From Ophelia neglecta (Eukaryota): 64,000 nt of DNA. The position numbers and the translations under genes were made by a program. This document shows positions 1 to 14,500 of the stretch, one piece after another; within the stretch, counting starts at the first letter, position 1; the number at the start of each line of letters is the position of its first letter. The stretch lies in contig OZ260661.1 of the NCBI GenBank assembly GCA_965285935.1, positions 20,026,001 through 20,090,000 of the forward strand. Reading direction: 5' to 3'. The notes beneath the pieces were generated by a model that saw only the letters and a list, made by a program, of their open reading frames with translations, did not search any database and was not told the origin of the DNA.

Positions 1-399
1 TAATATTGCTTTCAACAAATATCCACAAATTTCAATACACTATAATTAATTGTTTAGGAAAACTGTATAGAAGGTCAATAACAGCAACCTGTTTTATTAT
101 TCTGGGAGTTATCAGTTAGTTGTTTTTAATCTTGCCTGTGTTCTCAGGGTAGTGATCACAGTGACTAAGATTTTTCTCTGGATATTCTATATTTCAACGG
201 AAACGATCAGAAAGACATTTAGGCTGCTGGGATTTACGAGACTGGAAGGCCTAGAGCTAAAATAGCGACCTATTGGGAATAGCTGCTTTCAGAGTTATAA
301 TATTTGATAGAGAAAACATTATCTTGCTGCTAATGCTGATGTCAGAAAAAGTTCTACAAAGCAGTAATGGCCTGATTACCAAGATAATTGTTATCTTAC

Positions 400-3300
400 T
401 TTATAACTGGTGAACACTGCATAAAATTGAAATTTCTCCCCGTGTCTTGGCACCAGTGGAATGTGATAGGTCGTGTTAACAGCTCAAAATAGTCTGGTCT
501 CTCTTCTCTCAGTTGGATCGCTGCTTTGAATCCATCAGAAAACTTACTCAAACCTCCCTCTGATTTGTTCTGACTAATGCAATGCTGTGCTATCACCTTT
601 AAATGTGGGAAACTAGAGTTGACTCTAAGCGTACATATCGGTCAATATTGGAGCTTGCTGTTGGGTAGTTGAGTATGTCGTTAAACTCTTTTTACATTCA
701 GAAGTTAGCCAGGTGAGATATCATCCAAATGAAAAATAATAGTAATAATAATAAAATTACGTATAGAGCACTCAGTTAAAAAGGCTCTATCCATATTCAA
801 ATGAAACTAACATTATAAATACATATGCAAAATTCATTTATTGCTTAATTTTAAAACAGATTGAGAAAACACCTACAAGGAAGTTATAATTGGTATGGTG
901 TTTAATTTAAAATCACTAGCAACTGCTCCAATGATTTAATGATATGAATGACATACCCAACATGTGTTTTCAAGCATTGTCAGTTCAGTGTGAAGTTCTA
1001 GTGTAATTGCTGAGTATCCGACATCGAGTACATCACCACCCGAAGTGTGTTTCACATCAAAATGAGGCCTGTTATTACATGAAAACGGCATTAGGGATAA
1101 GCACATTACATTCAATACCAGTATACAGTTGTCGGTGATTTCGTTAGGAATTTCACGCAAACGTTAACGTTTTTATGTCATGGGTATTTTAAACATAAAG
1201 TGTTACAATAACAAATAATAAACTTTATTCAATACTTTACCCAAAGGGTAGTTCTTTTGGTCTGCAACCAATACGTTCGCTCAGGTTGTAAAGCTGAAAT
1301 AACATAGTTAAAAAAACTGTAAGCTATAGATGTGGACAGCCATCAACTCTCTGTCGCTGTCAACACAGATCAATAAACTCTCCTGGTACTCAAGTCGATT
1401 TGGTAAACGTTACATCACGACTTTTTAGTTCGTCTTTACAACTTAACGATAAAGAGTGCTGCTGACATTTTACTTGTTAGGAAAAGTACCGTTGATTGAT
1501 CATTTGAAGCGCCTTCCAGCACACAATATCCGTGAACTTCAATGTTGGTGAACCACTGCAGAAACTGGTCACCACATTTGAGTACCTTTCAAATTTGAAA
1601 TATTACAGTTTAGCAGAGTAGGCCATAGAAGATGGCTTACACATGAAGAGTTCAAACTGAGTTTGATAGCCAAATAGTTATGTTTATTTACTTATCTTGA
1701 ACGACCTTTCAGTTCAAGATATGGAGCACACATAGTTTAACTTATTTGCAACAGTCAGTTAGAAAACAAAACATTTCTACAGTGAAAGAGACGGAATAAA
1801 TACAACAGTACATCTTCATATTTCAGTTTGGCTGGATTTTTCAGAAAGTTTACATCCCAAAGCTTCTTCTCAGGTTCCAGAGGGTTTCTGTAGGTTTGCG
1901 AATCACACCAAACAAAACGCAATTTGATCAGCCAATCCGCATCGTATTTGCTCACGTGACCATCTTCCCAAATTATGTTGATTGTTTCGTCATTTTCCTT
2001 GTTTAAAAAGAGAATTTCTAGACTTAACCAAGAGCTGTAACAACATGAAAAAAAATTCAATGAGCTGCATAATCGTGCTAAATCAGTTCCGCGGTGATAA
2101 GTAGGTAAAAAAGCCCGTTAAATGATCAATTCCATGCACTACAGCTAAAAAGCTTTGATCTACTACGGGCTGATTTGTGGGACTCTCCTGTAGGGGAGGA
2201 TGGGTATGCTGCCTATATTAAATGACTTTAAATATAAAGAAGACACCTGATTGAGCACAACCTCCCTCTTATAACTCAACAGGAACAACATAGGGGACAC
2301 GCTGTCTTGCAACATTGACCGCCAAATTACAAATACCAAGAAATTAATGGGCAAAGGAATGTGATTAGGTCGTTCTTAAATCCATAGTGAAACTATTTCT
2401 TTGTCGCCTATCGCAGAGTATAGCCGTGAAGGTTTTAGCTTTAAACAGGCCTAGATAGGCAAGAACCTTGGGTTTGAGACTAACGATAGTGACCATATTT
2501 TAAACAAATAAATACGCATGTAAGCGTTATATCTCCGTTCTCCTGATAGTTAATGGAGATGCACTTATCGAAAACTAGCAAGCTGATAAGTCTGCTGGCT
2601 CTTTTATATTCCACGCAGCGATCGGGCAAGATTAAACTAACAGCCATCCATTAAGCATTACCTCAATTAGTCTGGGTTTAATGTCAGTGTTAAGTTCAAC
2701 AAGTGGATGTGTTCTTTCGCCAGTCTTGTTTACACAGTTCCCACACTGACAGCAATCTCGCAGCCACACCAAAGGAAAGTCACTCGGTTCCTCCAGGTGG
2801 CGCCAATAGACGGTCAAAGTACCTTTAGCTGGGTCCCAAGTTGCTGAATAACGAATTGTTCGCTTTATTGATCAGTTTGATAAAGATTCCCATATCTACA
2901 TTAAACATTTAGAGAACCAAAACAGTTAAAGTAATGAACGATTAGTGTACGTTTAGGTGTAGATATATGTGTCAAAAGAAGGTTTTTTGGTCCATCGTTG
3001 TAGGTATATCAACATTTTTAATGTTATCTTGCCTTTTATTAGTGTCGAGTCTTTCCCACCTTTATGTCCATCTGTTGACAATAAACTGTACTGGCGGGAG
3101 TACGATTGGTGTACAATGGTATCCTGGATCCTAGATCCGAGTCTGTGTCCAACCAACCATGAAACTGCAGTAGGTTCGCCTGATAGAACAATGAACTATA
3201 TATCACTACCAGTAAGCACATGTCTGTATATATACATCATGGTACATAAGCATCAATAACCCTAAGATATCGCAAAAACAATTCAAGGAAGATCATAAAC

Positions 3301-3588
3301 ACCTATTTGTAAGTCAACTGCAGTATTTGTCTATATGTAGGCGACAGGACAAACTGCACATAAACTCACACACATAAATGTATACATCAATGTCGACTTG
3401 CCTTTTTGCGTCCTAGTTGAAATTTCGGCGGCTGGCTTGTTGAATATTCTATTCCTGTCAATGACATAAGAAGGGTTTCTGTGATATATAAAGGATCTGA
3501 AAATCGTGCCACCTCCGCCAATCTTCTGTAAGTTCACATGCCTCATTAGGCGTGGGGTAGCCGCAAGAAGCCGTGCAAAATTGGCCAT
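400..3588 (-). CDS. Gamma-butyrobetaine dioxygenase-like (BBOX/TauD family) 2OG-Fe(II) dioxygenase, copy A; 3' exons lie beyond the left edge
   Basis: Exons 3588-3402, 3179-3060, 2843-2662, 1997-1812, 1585-1490, 1293-1241, 1068-957 and 596-400 join in frame. Zn motif WLRDCCQCGNC plus WEDGHVSKY; LELHTE metal motif; SDGFKAAIQLREERPDYFELL. Several exon lengths (182, 186, 96, 112) equal those of copy B. Confidence 0.9.
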
Positions 3589-5570
3589 TTTATTAAAACA
3601 CGTCAGAGAGCCTCACTGCGACCTACAGTAGGCATAAGTATTGGTGTAGCACTCGTATGGAAAAGACTTGGATTTTGCTGGGAAATCCGACATCCTCCGT
3701 TAGCAGTATTTCTCTAAAGTCAGTAGTACGCCGATTTAAATATACGATTCAGACAATAGTGGATACAAATGTTATCAATGCTATAAGCTAATGGATGGCT
3801 AATATTCGCTAGCATGTCAATGCTTTTAAAATAACGAGGTCAGAAACCTCTATTATTGTATAGAAAAAATCAATGTTGGCTTTTGACGCAATTTTTCTGT
3901 GTGATAGCTAACTAATTTTCCTTGTATAATTTTGTTTTTTTGGCATGAATGGAGAAATTTGGATTTAAGGGAGAGAAGCGAATGAGTTTTTCTAGGGAAG
4001 TATTTCTAATTGAAATGAAGAGCATATGATGGGTTCAATAGTCGCTGGTACATAACAAAGAAATACATGAGTTTGCTCAAGTGTTTCGCCTTGGATTGTT
4101 TCAAAAGGCTAATTGGCAAGTTGACTGACCCCTTGTAGATGTAGTTATCTCATGACTATGTTTCGTACGTTTAGTTTATACAAATAGGGAATTGTAATCA
4201 AATAACAATTTGACAGCATCATACTAATATTTTATTATATCAAATTATAACTGATGATATCAAAATTTTAATCAAATGGATATATGAAACATCGTATGCT
4301 GCGTCCAATCTTTTTTCTAATCCATTTTATTTTTGACAAACAAATGTACATGTGACGTTTAACGAAGATAAATGCCAAGATGTGCTGTTTATATAAATAT
4401 ATGTCAATTAACATCAAGTGTGGATTGGAAAAATGTATGGCTTCTTGAATAGAACAATTTTTTTGATAAATGAGTTAAACTAATTCCCTGCTTAAAATGG
4501 TTAGACTCGTGCTGAATCCTTTGTGTGTTCCATGGAAGGAAGATACGGTTTGTTGCAGAGTATCAACCAACTGGCATTGTACCAACTACATAATTCCTCT
4601 ATAGTGCGCAAAATATTATGTACAAGAATATGTTAGGCTTCAACAAGTATTAAATAATGTATAACACTATCAAACAGATCACAGAGAATATCACCCCGTT
4701 TACATATCTTACAACATTTAGCATTGATAAAACTTGACTAAAGGGTTCACAAAGTATGCATAAATACCAGCAACAACTTACAGTTATTAAAAATTTAAAA
4801 GAAACATGAGGTAAACAAATTGAATAATGAGGTTACACTAAAGCACGATTATATTAGTAAAACATAGATATATATATATATATATAACTATTCTTGACAA
4901 ACTGAATACTACTTAAAATATAATCAGGGAATACAACTTTGAAATGATTTTGATTCATGCATTTTAAGATTAATAATACCATATATCAAAATTGATTAAA
5001 ACAAGCTATAATTAAATACCATATGAAACGCAAAAATAAGGACACAAGTAGAGACATCTGAATGCTAAACTATGATTGCCTGATTCAAGCATCAGATGAC
5101 CTGGCTCTCAAGGTCAGTCCAAACACGGCTATTCAGTCCCCAGTATAGACCGGTCGAATTGCCATGGTTAACATCGTATGAATATTTAAGAAACTTAAAT
5201 GGTCTGAAGAATCAAATAAAGCAAAGAATCGTATTTTTCAGAAGAAAAAAAAACTGACTCAGAAGCTGACAAAGTGTGGGTGTTTCAGATAGCCTCTTTA
5301 GTCTATCATATACTATTTCTGTTACAAAAACTAATTTGGAAACTGTAATAAGTACATAAAGATGAAATTACCAAAATCACAACTCAGCCCGCTTTGGGTC
5401 ATCATGGTTCAGATAGAAGGTAATTCAACATTACAAAATTAAATTAATCATTGTTTTTTTCTTTAATTTAAGAGAAAACCCATGAAAACATTTGCGCAAA
5501 ATTTCTGAAAAAATAACAGTTTTTCAACATGAAAAATTACAAAACCAGACAGACGGTATCCATAGTGTAT

Positions 5571-8500
5571 CTAATAAAAGTTGTTTTCGCATCTGAATGT
5601 TGACATTGCCGGAGATTGTAATAACGCTGGGACCAAGCTTTGTAAACGACTGAAGTCTGACGCCTGGAAGAAGTTGACACCTTCGTCACGTGACCCGCCG
5701 GACATGATGCCCAGATGGTAAGGGTGATAGCCGCCGGTGACTCCAACAGGTATGACGGAGATTCCCGCCAGGTCACAGCGCATCGCCTCTGGCGCACAGC
5801 TCTCTCTAAAGGTCAAAATATGAAAACTTATTGTTAGCCACTTGGTAATTTCTCAACATAGATTATATATATATTACACAGATTGTGATCAAGATAACTA
5901 TATCATTCGTAGTAGCTTTCGGAGTAACACGTCTTATTGGAGGAATAAGTAATGTTGATTGTTGGGTCAATAAGAACGATTTTTCTTAGCATTTCCCATT
6001 ATCTACTATTTTCCATTCGAGTTTGCCTGATGCAATAAACACCCTCTAGGAGAGTGTGTGAACTTTTTATTTTCTATTTACCTTTGTTTCGAGCTTGACG
6101 GGGCTTCCACACCAATGAACACAATCACATGGTTTGAGTTGCGTCTTACGTTAAAAGTATGAAAAACGTTATTTCGAGCGAGCATCAGAGCATCAGCCGG
6201 GGTGCTGCCCTCAAACGGCGAATAGGAGAGACGAGCTACGGCGTCCAACAAACTGTCCTTGTGGTCATATCTACGGGACAAGGAACATTGTTGTTAAACT
6301 TAACCTACATACGAGAGTTACATTACTGCTTCATCATGCCGGGAACTACCCACAGGCACAGATAAAAAGTACAATATATTATACTACTAACGGGGGCCTG
6401 CCATACAGTGAAGCTTTGATACATCTGGACAAAGGAACTGCGAGTTCAAAGTCTTTACCCTACACTATTTATCGTCTGTTAAACGCCAACAAATTATTAA
6501 TTATGCTTTCTTACCGGTCCAGGTTCCACCTGATTCGTGCCCTATCTCCAAACGTAATCATGGCTACCCGTGTGTCTTGCGGGCCGATTCTCAGGGAGTT
6601 AATAATCGCCATCATAAAGCTTTTGAGTTGTTCCCAGTTGTAACAGTTGTTGTTGTATAAGGCCTGGTTACCACACACTGCAGAGGACACGTCGACGAGA
6701 AAGGCCAGTTCCATGTCACAATCTGTAATCAAACAAATGGTATAATTTGTGTTTTATTTAAAATTTGGACACAATGAAGACAGAGAGCATAATAGTGCAC
6801 TTGACTCTCGGCCACGAATGATGTTCGTCCGTGTAGAATACTGACGTCAGTTTGTACAATGCTATACAATATACAATACTATCAGACCTGACTGGCGCCA
6901 GTTTGTACAATACTATACAATATACAATACTATCTGTCCTGACTGGCGCCAGTTTATAAACTTAAGAACTTCAGTTAATCTAGCCTAAGATCTGATCTTG
7001 CCGAGTCATAATAGTTTACAACGCTCGTGGGTTAATAAACAGAGGATTATACTTTCCCTTCTCTCGTGAGTTACATCGTGAATATTGTAAAAGTGTTCAA
7101 TTAGTGTGCAGTAAGTAGTTAAGAGTAGCTTGCTAACCTGTATTGGGAGGAAGCACGATGTCCTCCTTACATGTGCCCTCTCTGACCTGTTTAACCAGGG
7201 TGTTCACGTGAGCGTAGTCCGGGCTCGTAAAGTAGTTCGTGCCATGTTCGTGGTTTGGAGAAGACAAACGACGCAGCATATCCGTATCAATGTCTTTTTG
7301 TACTCCGACTCCGACCATAAAAATCTAGTAAACAATATCTAAAATAATTATTTGGGAAAACAAAATATGCAAGAACAAGTAATAGTTATGATCATAAATA
7401 GGATTAAATGGGTCTGCTAGTCATACATCTTTAATCACGGCTTCTGCTCCGTCACACATGCTGTAGGCCAAGACCATATTTAACAAGCAGAGCTTGTGGT
7501 TACGCTATGCTTTGCTCATAAAAGGTTGACCAGTGAGACCTGAACAGACCTGAGGGTTATGATTTGCCTGCAGAGAGGCACGGGTAGTATAGACTTCACC
7601 TTTATATTTCTCCTATGTGCATCCTCGGCCAGTTGTATTGTCTTGGTCTTTTGCTCGGAGCTCGGCAAACCGTCAGTCAGAATTACAGCTACGTTAGCCG
7701 CCAGGTCTCTGTCCCCAGCACTGCCGAACACCTGTAGTAAGAAGAGTAAAAACTCAACTCCACATAATATCAATGATGTAAAACAGATCCGTTTTTGCAC
7801 AAACAGGCCTTTTTTTATATTCATAGTACCTAAAACCAAATGTGAATTTTATGTAGTAACTTAATCGCGAGTCGGATTTGATTGCTATTCTTATGCAGCT
7901 CGAGATATTTCTTTATGTTGAGCTTTTGCTGAGTTACAGTGTTTTTGAACTAACCCGTTGGAGCATGATTTCGAGGCCGTCTCCTGTGTACGTATTCTGC
8001 ATTGGTTCATATTGCAGCCTCTGGATTTCTCTCTTCAACTGATCCGCCCTCTGGTATCTGTAAAATGCATCATACTGTATACAAACACAAACTATTAGTT
8101 TGCATAATAAAATAATAGCAGCAGGTTTAATGGCCAGTAAGTGGTTAAGAGATTGAGCAGTGCAGGGTTATCGGAGTGAGGTTATTGATTTTGGAATCGA
8201 TTCTTTTTTGCATAAAACAATACGTCCACAAATTTTATGAATCAAATATATACTTTCTTAACAGATAATTAGACTGTCGTTTATATCAACCTGTTTCATT
8301 CCCTTTCCACTTTAGAATTATTTTTCCCCTGCTAGATTTTTGAGTAAGGAAATATAATACATTTTGTAATTATACTGAAAATAAATACGTACTGCAGAAG
8401 GTTCCACTTGAGCTCAGCTCTGCTGCCAAATGTGACGAGAGCGATCCTGGCGGCCGTTGTAGCACCGCCAACCTCCATGCCTTCTACCAGTCGTGCCAGG

Positions 8501-11500
8501 AATTCTATGGCGTTGACCCAGTTGGAACAGGTGCGTACATCCAAATCGTTACAAATACTCCCCGAGACATCCAATAAGAGAACCAGGTCCACGGGACATT
8601 CAATTATTACTGAAAATAATTCATGATTAATTATTTGATCTTATTCAAGCGTTATATTGATATACTCAATTGTAACACTTAATTGGAAAGGATTATTTAA
8701 TTAGTTAATGTTCTCCTTACTGAAATGCGTTCGTTTGCGTATTCATTTGTTCATATGAAATTTTCTGCGAGGTCAATTAGCATATGCTTTAAATGCTTTG
8801 TTTTTTGTTTCTATGCTGTGATTATGTTCATCGCTTTGGAGTATTTTGTATATTGTATATAAATCGCAATAGAAATATTTGTAAAGATATTTGATAATCA
8901 AATTAACAGTCATAAAAATAACTAAGACAAACCATGGTAGAACAGTATAAACATTCACAATTTATCACCGTTGAATAAATCATTTGCTTAACATTTCGGA
9001 TACTATGCTCGAGAAACCTGCTTTTTCATTCCAAACGTATTAATACTTTTCCAAACTTACTTAACCTTTATATACCTGCTAATAATTTCATTTCCGGGCT
9101 GTAATAGAACCATCGCCCTGATATTGACAATCATTTATTGCGAGCAATGTCTTGTTTATTCATCTTTATTCCCATTCCAGTACGAACTTGGTAGTAAGTA
9201 TGGAACTGATTTTCAATGTTTCATTAGCCTGCGATTGATAGCTAGTTATATAATTCGGAAGTTGTCTGAATCTAACTGATTATCTATAATGTCTATCGCC
9301 TATTGCTTCCTATTTACCTGTTTTATTATGGCAGGTTTCTCCGGTCAGAGGTTTCAGCACATTGTCCAGTTGTCTGAAGTCAGGGGAGGTAAAGTAATTG
9401 AAATTCAGTCGGTGAGGGGGTGATGAGATCTCCGCCAGTCTCTTTGTGTCTTTTTTGTGTGTCACTCCAACAGCGTACACCTGTAACATAATAATAAACA
9501 TATATTATAAGCCTGGGAACTGTTTAAACTGTTTATATTGATTTTTAAAGTTAACCTACACAAGACAAAATCGCGCAGAGGTAAAAGGGGCAATTTAAGC
9601 TTAAATGCAGAAACTTACTTTTTTGTGGTAGTTTGAGCTCAACAAAGTTTGTTTTCAGTTTGTACCTTAAGGGGAAGGACCGAAAAATCCCAAAATAAAC
9701 GAATCTTGAACTACTCATAATTGAATATAGAACTTAGTAGTTAACAATGCACCTACTTTAGCGATTGCCTGGGCCTCCTCAACTGATCTATCCAGGCGAG
9801 CCAGCTGGAGAGCGTCGTAGGGAAATCCGTCGGTTATAATTACTACAAAGTTTTCTGCATCCGGTCTGTCCTCCCCGTTCCATTTGGTAAAAACCTGGAG
9901 AAAAAATGTCAAGTTTTATACCTCTTTTTGTTTCCATTCGCCTATGACAAAGTGAAACTGGTACAGTCAGTGTCCACTTTAAAAATGAAAAATAAAATTC
10001 ATTAACGTACTTTCTTTACAAGATCAAATGCATCCGCCATGTGCGTGTGTTTTTCCATCTCGTAGTCAATGTTGAGAATACGCTGGATCAGTTGGTCCTT
10101 ATTTGTGTACCTGTGGTACAATTTCAAATAACAAGTTATTGCCTGATTTCTTTACCAACAGAGCCTCTAAGGTATGTTATTTCGAACCACAGTGGAGATA
10201 TTCATATAATACATGTTTGTCAATACCGGCGAAGGTAAAAAATATTCCATAGGTCATGATCAGGTTCTGTTGCTTAGAGCTGTCTCGAGGTAATATGTCA
10301 CATGACTATAACCCAACTGACAGGGCCATCGAGAAACTCGGTGACGTCAGTCCAATGTAGAGTATTATATCTAATATAGTTTATATATCCCTACGTTATG
10401 TATGAAGGTATGAAGGGGAACAAACTTTGTAAGACCCCAGTTGATCCTGGCATGAGTGTCGAAGGTTACCAACGCAACACGGGCAGCATTGTAGCCAATG
10501 TCGATACCGCGGACGTAATCTGCAATGAACTTTTTCTCACTTTCAAAGTTGTCACAGGTTATGTCTGTATGGCGGTTGAAGTTTGGGTCTTCGTCACAGA
10601 TACTTCCCGAGCGATCCACCAGAAACAGAAGGTCAATTTCACATTCTGTGTGATAAATAACTATCTTAATGCTATGTTTGAAAAAATAGGAGAACAAGGT
10701 TAGGTTTTACAACATATATGACAAAAATGAATAATACAATCTTAATTGATTTAAATGTAAATTAATTATGATATTAAATATGGTGCTCTTGAATGCCTTT
10801 TAGCATAAAAGAAAACTTCAATCAGGATAAATTTCTGAAAAGCTTAGATCTTTGCATGCGATTGCAATGATGTACTTTCATATGTATAGGTCGGATGAAA
10901 ATAGGATAGGAATACGGTGCACTTTTTGCCCTGCTCTTATAATAGCTTTACCTGGAGACAGCAGTGTTGTTTGACACATACCAGTTGACTGTATACTACT
11001 AGACAGACAATGTCTTTTGATGAAGCGCAAAGCACATAGCCTTGGGCGTATATTCAAATAACAAACTCATAATAAATTAAAACGATGCCCGACCTCATAA
11101 GAACAAACACACTTACCTTCTTTGAAAGGGGTGGTAGTAGTCCTTGGTGTGGTGGTCGTGGTTGTGGTTGTGGTGGTAGTCTCAGGACAAACGTTACGTT
11201 GGAGCTCGCTTCTAATGGTTCCGATGACTGGGAGCTGGTTAAAAGTTGTACTTATAAAGTAATTCTGGTTTAGCCGCTGCGGGTAGGAGGACATCTGACG
11301 TAGAATTGTTTCATTCAAATCCTTCGTCTGAACTCCGACAGAGAACAGCTGAAAAAATGGGTATCATTGTTTTTAAAGTGTACATAAAACACATCAACGG
11401 TGGTACTAACGCTTACTTTATACATGGTTACCCTAGTATAAAACTTATTCCCGAATTCCTGTGAACCGTGTTACAGTGATTTATTCAATGTGCTTCACGA

Positions 11501-14500
11501 AACATTGCTTGTAAGTGACTTGATAATGGAATATTTGTCATGAACTGTGAGGGAACAATCTTATTATTAGTCAATTGCAAAAAGATTTGTTTTATTTCCA
11601 GTTGATCTTGGAGCAAATCGTTCATTCATCAGCGAACAACAAAACGCTTTATACAGGTTAGCCCTGATACAGGTATTCATTTTCCGTGAACTCTGATGGT
11701 TAAACCCACCCTTCCTACCTCCCACCCTCCCCCGCCCCCTTGGCACAATTTAGGAGGTGGTCTTTGGCCGATGTTGAAGTAACAGCTATCTATTATATGA
11801 TAAATAACAAGGACATATTTTGATAAGTCAATCAAGGCTCTTTTAATTTATCTGGTTTGAGCTGGCTCTTTATGTAGGTAGTCCTATGACACCCCCTCCC
11901 CCTCCCCCCCCCCCCTCTTCTACCTCCCAAAGTGGATTGTAAGTTCCTGACCTTACATAACATTACATATAACACTTTGTCTCATTATTCTGACCCTTCT
12001 GCCCTCATTTATTGGCACTGAGAATTGAGGATTTAATTCATCTGATCCTACAATGTACAAGTCAATTGACTTTTGCCTCCATATATCAAACGACCTTACC
12101 TTGACCCCCGAGTTTTTCAAATTGATGGCACTAGGAATCACACGATTCAGCTGACTGTCGTCATACGGCCACCCATCTGTTACTAAAATGGCGGCATTGG
12201 TAGCCCTGTAGATGTCTCGGTCGTCTGGGCCACCAAAAATCTGTACACAGATACACAAGAGTGTATAGAAATGACAATCAACATTTATGGTAAATGGATT
12301 AGAAACAAAAGGATCTAGTAGCGTTCGAGTTAAAAAGTACTGGAAAAATGTCCTTTCAGAGTGCAAGTAGTATAGAAAGCAATATATAGCTTTGGTTTAT
12401 ACTACTTTATGAATATTACATGTTTAGACTATGGTTTTATTAGGCTTTAGATTAAAAGCGGAAGCGCGGACCCTTGCGGAGGTACATATCGAAATTAGAA
12501 CAGAGCACTATAGGCCTATGAAGCTTTAGCCCTTCCCCTAACCCTTAAATTAACCCTCAGCCCTAACCCTAGCCTTGCTGACGCATTTTGGCTCCCTGTC
12601 ACTCTAAAATACGCATGACCTCCGCGTCCGCATAGCTTCCGCACGTCCGCGTTTAATTAATAGGCTTTGATTATAGATATCTATAAAAGTTATATAGTCT
12701 GGGATGGGTCCTCTGATAATAATGACAGAATTAAAATTTTCCTGGGATTCTAAATTTTTCTGTTAATTTTAATCTCCGTTATGAATGGCTTACATTTTCT
12801 GCAGCGTCTAAAGCGTCTGCCATGTGCGTGTGTTGTTCTCTGACATACTGCAAATCGCGTACCATCTGTATTAAGTGGAATTTGTTCGTAGTTCTGAAAG
12901 AAATGCAATTCTTATGCTAATGGTTCTCTGACATTGACAGAAGTACAGAACAATATAAATAATTCAATAGACAATTCTTAATAAGTAATACACTAATTAT
13001 TGTGAGCGGCCTTGTGATCCCTTGCCATAGGTTACCGATACCTTAACGGTTACTCTGATTTACAAGTCCTACTCTCTATATTGTGATAATAAAGGTTCCC
13101 CAATGCGGTTGTTGATTATAGTCTTTATTGTGTTTGGTGGTCCCTTTAATGAAGCAAAATGGCGTAAGGCCGTACAAAACCATCATATTACCTGTCAAGT
13201 CGCCATTGGACATTGACCGAACTGTCAAACGTCAACAGCGACACCTGTGCCTGGTCGTTGCCACGGCCAATGTCAATACCTTGGATGAAGTTTATAACAA
13301 ACTGTTTCATGTTTTCCCAGTTGTCACATGTGTGCCAGCTGTTCGCTATGAAGCTCGGGTCGGTGTCACAGATACTCCCCGAGCGATCAAGGAGGAACAC
13401 GAGGTCAATCGGACAAACTGAAATATCAAGTATGAAACTCTTTAAGGGGCCGACCATTTGATAATTTAGGGGGGTGGGGGGTTGAGAAAAATGTAGAAAA
13501 AAAATTTTGTCACACTACTTGAGAAAAAAAAAGTTTGTCTTGCACATTGTTAAAAAATCCACCAAATGGCTACACTAAAAAGTGCACTATATTTTGTGGC
13601 AAATCTATAAGGAAATAGATCAATAACCTATTATCTTGTTAATTTGTCTTGTTTAATACCTCCAAAAAAAGTATCATAAATGACCTTACAGAAAAAAAAA
13701 GTTTGCAGACGAAGTACGAGGAAAAAAAGATTGTTTTTGGAGGAGGCAAAAAAAAATGATTTGAAAAAAAGTTTTCTCGCCCCCCCCCCCCCCCCCATAA
13801 TTTGGGAAATGGTCTGCTCCTAAGGTAGTTCGAAGCTTAAAGGTGCTGTTCTATCGGGCCTGCGTGGGCGGCACTGGTAGCCCTTTGGCGGAGACGTATT
13901 TGAAAATTCGGAAGTTGTCCCACGCGACAGGGGGGGGGGAGGGGATGTCAATATTAATCGCTGTGGATTAGGGGCAAGGTGTACTTTTCCAACCGTAAAC
14001 GACCATTTTGATTGGTAAAGTGTGTGGGAGACTTGGGGATTGAGCCCTACCCACCGGACCCTTAAATTCAAACACTCAACCTACTACCAACTCCTACCGA
14101 TTTCAGTCAAAATAATAACCTCTCCCAGTCCTGACGTTCGTTATGTGAACGTAATGCGAAGCCCATATTTATCCCCGGGACACATTTAAGTGAATAGGAT
14201 TGGGGTGGTAATGAAATGACTGATATTGTTGATTATTTCGCTTAGCAACTTTAACCAAAACTATGGCTCAAAGTCTACTATATATGCCAAACTAATAGTT
14301 AACTCGTAGTTAAACCGCATTCCAAGATCGATGCTCGGCATGTACAGCAGGATACTGTGACGTATTGTGTGGTAACCACGGTTAGAATATGACGTAGCAA
14401 GGCCTATGACACTCTGGTTGCTTGGATACTCTGGTAAACATTCACAGCGTTCTCTTGGGAGATGGTTATTAAGTAGACTCGAAGCTACGCATAAACGTCT

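Noticed and set aside
130-310. BBOX-A exon 9
   Set aside because: Only a chance YPENT resemblance; no open frame matching exon 9 of copy B, so the exon probably lies outside the window.
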